Shown here one piece after another: positions 60,237 to 64,000 of a DNA stretch of 64,000 bases (its first letter is position 1; each line of letters begins with the position of its first letter). This DNA comes from a virus. The notes under the pieces are model-generated. The model worked only from the letters and a program-made list of their open reading frames with translations, had not been told where the DNA came from and searched no databases. Made by a program: the position numbers and the translations under genes. Where the stretch lies: the IMG/VR virus record IMGVR_UViG_3300024999_000042; one strand, 5' to 3'.

Positions 60237-60294
60237 AATACTAAAAGAACCCATATTACCTACGGGTTCTTTTACATTTCTTTCTTTAATATAT

Positions 60295-60753
60295 TTACTC
60301 TTCGTTATTGCTTGATTCTTTTTCTTTTTCTGCTACCATAAATTCAACACTTTTTTTAAATTGTTCTGCAATATTTCCCATATTTAAAAGTTCATTTTCT
60401 GGTAATAGATTAAGAATACTGTTAAACAATTCTAATTCAATTAATTTATCTGCCATTATTAATAATTTTTCTCCTTCATCTTGAATTGGAATATTTGTAA
60501 AATATTTTATCATAAGCATAGGAAGTATAATACTATCTTTTAAATTATCAATATTCTCCATGCCTTCAAGTTCTTCGATGATATTCATATAATCAATCAT
60601 AATCTTTTGTGTGTCTGTCTTTTTGAGATATTTAGAGAACTCCACTTCATATTCCTCACCAAAACGATCAGTTACTCTTTCTGTGATTTTTTCATTGAAC
60701 TTACTAAATCCTTTGTTTAAAGATACCTCATTTAATTTTTTAACATTTGCCAT
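60295..60753 (-). CDS. putative tail assembly chaperone
   Basis: Position upstream of the TMP; IKYFTNI. Confidence 0.5.
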   Translation of the reverse strand: MANVKKLNEVSLNKGFSKFNEKITERVTDRFGEEYEVEFSKYLKKTDTQKIMIDYMNIIEELEGMENIDNLKDSIILPMLMIKYFTNIPIQDEGEKLLIMADKLIELELFNSILNLLPENELLNMGNIAEQFKKSVEFMVAEKEKESSNNEE

Positions 60754-60786
60754 TATATTTTCCTTCTTTCTTATTATATTATATTA

Positions 60787-63549
60787 TTAATTTAATTTTG
60801 ATAATACGTCAATTAATTTATTTTTTACACCTTCACAATTGTTCTTCAAGTCATATGGATATAAGTCTATAAAAATAATATCATCTCTAGATTTATAATA
60901 ATTATTTTTCAACACTATTTTATCTTGGTAATTTTTAAACATAGTTAACTCACCTTGATAATTTTTTAAATATAAACCATAATACTCAATAATTATTGGT
61001 TTTACTAATTCAATATCTTTATAATTATCAATGACAAAATCGGGACATATTTTATTTATACCATTATATTTATATGTATATTTTCCTGAATGATTAGAGC
61101 CAATAGCACAAATACCATCAATATTTAAGTCTCTTTTGATTGATTCGTACACCATTATTTCTTGTTTACTATCACATTTTACCCCATCATACGCTAGACA
61201 TAACCCAAAATCTTCTGGAGTCCACTCCTTGCTATATTCAGGATATGATAAACACGCCCATTCATAAAATGACGTAAATTTTCTTAATCGTGTGCCACTA
61301 TTTTGTAAATAGGCACAAAATTTAGGATATAATTCATTCATAAAAGTAAAATTTAAATATGTTGGTAAATCATCCTTTATGTCAAAGACCAAATCATTCA
61401 TTCTATAAATCACAAATTCCCTTAAAAATCTAGAAAGATCATGTACAGAAGTTTTATTATTTCTACTCAACTCCCATTCGAAAAGTAAATTATTATCTTT
61501 TATTATAGAGTATGCCTCGACAAGTAAATCATATGTATCAATTTTAAATGTTGCAAAAGTATATAGTTCTTTTAACTTTTGCTTAGAAAAATATTTCAAT
61601 ACCCAATCTTGAACATTTTTCCATGAATCTAAACAATTTAATATATTATCTTTACATTGATTCTCACAATAATGCCTAATTGCTCTAATTCTATTGTCTT
61701 TACTTTCCCAAAATCCATCAGTTTTATTTGTAAAATCTAAATCTATAATAGGGGTTTTAGTATCGGGATGTACGATATTTTTTATTTGAAACAGCCATAT
61801 AAGTAAATCCATATGAGCCATATTGAATTTTCTATACTTATTTTGCCATAAATTCATCATATCCCTATTAAATAGTCCAGTTATTCCGTAACTAGTTAGG
61901 ATTTGTTTTACACTTATATTCTCACTTTTCACCCAATCATCAAAAATTTTCATTGCAGTATCATTATCATATTTATCAATGTCATCATCTGAAATATTAA
62001 ATTCAGGAAAACATGCTTGCAATGTTTCTAAAACAGTACCAAATCTTTGTGTAATTTGAATTTTATATTGATTTAAATTAGGGCAATTTACATTATTGCA
62101 TATTTCATCTTTTGTTTTACAGTCCATCTTTTCAAAAACAATATACCTTACTATCTGAATAAAATTTTCTTGTATATGACAATGCTTTGGCATTTGTGTA
62201 ATTTCACCATCATAAAAGTATTTCCACCACCTTTCAAGAGGTATGTCCGTTATCTCTTTATATATTATTCCTTTCTCTTTATACAAGTCTCTGTTCTCCC
62301 GTTTTTGCATACATTCTAAACATATGTTTTTTAAGTAAAACAAACTATAAACATTACCTTTAGGGAAAAATTCGTTTGTAAAATCTTTTGTTTCTCCACA
62401 TTCTAAACATTTATTCAATACAATGATATTTGATTCTTTTATATCCTCATTAAAAATCTTGGAAAATAATTTTTCTGAATCTCTATTAAATACTATAATA
62501 CATAAACCGTCTAAATTATAATCGCATAATAATTGGTTAAAATTATGGTCTATCAAATCGCTTCCATTAATAATATTTTTATCTAGTTTTAATTTATATT
62601 TCAACCACTCTAAAGCATCATTTATATTATTTTCATTTTTCCAGAAAGCAGAAGGAAAGTTAACATGTTTCTTAAATTCCCAAAGTTTAATATTGTACTC
62701 AGAATATATTTCTATGATTAATTGTTTTGATTCTTTAATTTTAATAATTGAATCAAGTTTATATTCTTCTAAAATATTATTGTCAAATTGGTTACATATA
62801 TCTTGGTATCCCCAATTAAGAATAGAATCAAACAAATGCTTTAATACAATATATTTGTATTGTTTATGTTTAGAAAATCCATTTGGAAATGACTTCAATT
62901 TTCCATTTAATACTAAATTAAAAATATGTATTACTTCAAACTCAGATAAACTATTAATTACAATGCTACTCGTTATATTGTATTTATCTGCCCAGTATGT
63001 AATAGTTTTTGTATGTTTACTGTATAATAAAGAGGCCCCTTTTCTCCCTAATATTCTGTAATTTGTAATAAATTCATCTATATTATCAATCCAATCAGGA
63101 GTGTCTTTTGGTTTATGACTCCATGAATTATTTTTTCTATTATGATCTGTCGAACATTTTACAGAGCAAAATCTTAATCCATCTTCTAAAAACTTATAAA
63201 GTTTTTGCTCAATATCTCCTCCGCAATTATCACATTGTCGTATAACTTTCAATGGTATACTACCAAGTTTAAGTTTTTCACTCAATAATATTACAACATC
63301 TTTTAAAGTTTTATTTGGTAACATTGGTACAATTTCATTAACATGTTGTACTCTTCTATTTAATAAAGAATCAATTATAATTCTATACTCTTCTATTTTC
63401 CAAACGTCATTCTCTTCTAATTTATTATTCTGAATCACCATACATACCTTACATGTTGTTCTGTAGTATCCTCCACCTCTTGAATGATACTCACCAACTG
63501 GTTTCTCTTTACCACAAACCTTACAAACTTTTGTCTCAACATTACTCAT
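60787..63549 (-). CDS. large homing-endonuclease-like protein (Zn ribbons, DUF4046-like repeats, C-terminal PD-(D/E)XK)
   Basis: CKVCGKEK, FCSVKC, FP..FW repeats, DSKQE...PDFV...IIIEYYG. Confidence 0.7.
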   Translation of the reverse strand: MSNVETKVCKVCGKEKPVGEYHSRGGGYYRTTCKVCMVIQNNKLEENDVWKIEEYRIIIDSLLNRRVQHVNEIVPMLPNKTLKDVVILLSEKLKLGSIPLKVIRQCDNCGGDIEQKLYKFLEDGLRFCSVKCSTDHNRKNNSWSHKPKDTPDWIDNIDEFITNYRILGRKGASLLYSKHTKTITYWADKYNITSSIVINSLSEFEVIHIFNLVLNGKLKSFPNGFSKHKQYKYIVLKHLFDSILNWGYQDICNQFDNNILEEYKLDSIIKIKESKQLIIEIYSEYNIKLWEFKKHVNFPSAFWKNENNINDALEWLKYKLKLDKNIINGSDLIDHNFNQLLCDYNLDGLCIIVFNRDSEKLFSKIFNEDIKESNIIVLNKCLECGETKDFTNEFFPKGNVYSLFYLKNICLECMQKRENRDLYKEKGIIYKEITDIPLERWWKYFYDGEITQMPKHCHIQENFIQIVRYIVFEKMDCKTKDEICNNVNCPNLNQYKIQITQRFGTVLETLQACFPEFNISDDDIDKYDNDTAMKIFDDWVKSENISVKQILTSYGITGLFNRDMMNLWQNKYRKFNMAHMDLLIWLFQIKNIVHPDTKTPIIDLDFTNKTDGFWESKDNRIRAIRHYCENQCKDNILNCLDSWKNVQDWVLKYFSKQKLKELYTFATFKIDTYDLLVEAYSIIKDNNLLFEWELSRNNKTSVHDLSRFLREFVIYRMNDLVFDIKDDLPTYLNFTFMNELYPKFCAYLQNSGTRLRKFTSFYEWACLSYPEYSKEWTPEDFGLCLAYDGVKCDSKQEIMVYESIKRDLNIDGICAIGSNHSGKYTYKYNGINKICPDFVIDNYKDIELVKPIIIEYYGLYLKNYQGELTMFKNYQDKIVLKNNYYKSRDDIIFIDLYPYDLKNNCEGVKNKLIDVLSKLN

Positions 63550-63620
63550 ACTCAACACTCCTTAAAATTTTATATTTCTAACCATACCAACCACACACTC
63601 CAAACCAAAACATTATAAAA

Positions 63621-63682
63621 AGGCAACAAAAAGAAGGGAAGGAGTGTATTCCCTTCTACAGTCAGCTAAACTGATGTTGCTT
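63621..63682 (-). ncRNA. three-way-junction/pseudoknot leader RNA (copy B)
   Basis: P1 GCAACA/UGUUGC, P2 UCAG/CUGA, P3 9 bp with loop ACACUCC pairing to two downstream GGAGUGU. Confidence 0.65.
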
Positions 63683-64000
63683 ATTTAATAGCAAACCAAA
63701 GCGTCCAATGATTTGCTAAAACTATCACATTAAATTAAAACCATAAATTACACAAATAAAAAAGACACATATTTCTATGAGTCCTTTAAAAATTAACCTT
63801 CTTATAAATTATAAAATAAAAAACACTATTGTCTTGAAAATCCAGACATATGAGATTTAGGCAATTGATTAATCAATTCAGTATAAGCCTGACTAATCGA
63901 TTCAAACATATCATAATTATATGCTAATGCCATATCAATCACAAAACAATCTGTTATTTTTCCTAAATACCACTCTTCACATAATTCATCTTTAGAAATC

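Overview
This AT-rich 64-kb segment comes from a large temperate Firmicutes (probably Clostridia) siphophage with SPbeta/c-st-like organisation and signs of a plasmid-prophage lifestyle. Region 1-16 kb (+) is an array of small, often Cys-rich ORFs plus nucleotide-metabolism genes: class II RNR with a 125-aa mini-intein, a frameshifted free-standing LAGLIDADG, dut, thyA, DHFR, a dNTP diphosphohydrolase and a HAD nucleotidase. A tnpB-only IS607-type element interrupts a Zn-finger gene there. Region 16-27 kb is plasmid-like: a Rep with DnaA boxes and two putative countertranscripts, a coiled-coil regulator, ParM/ParR with flanking centromere-like repeats, an operon of small membrane proteins + VirD4/HerA-like ATPase + membrane-anchored M23 peptidase bracketed by two HU-like mini-proteins, and a DndB/DGQHR-like protein. 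Region 27-64 kb (mostly -) holds a second primase-like replication protein, the lysis cassette, tail fibre/baseplate genes, a tyrosine recombinase, a 3017-aa tape measure protein and several homing-endonuclease-like genes. Most intriguing are the ATPase/M23 translocation-like operon, a recurring three-way-junction pseudoknot leader RNA upstream of nuclease/replicase genes, an EF-Ts N-terminal-domain mimic, and sharply localised synonymous A>G/T>C patches. All calls are by-eye motif recognition; no database searches were run.
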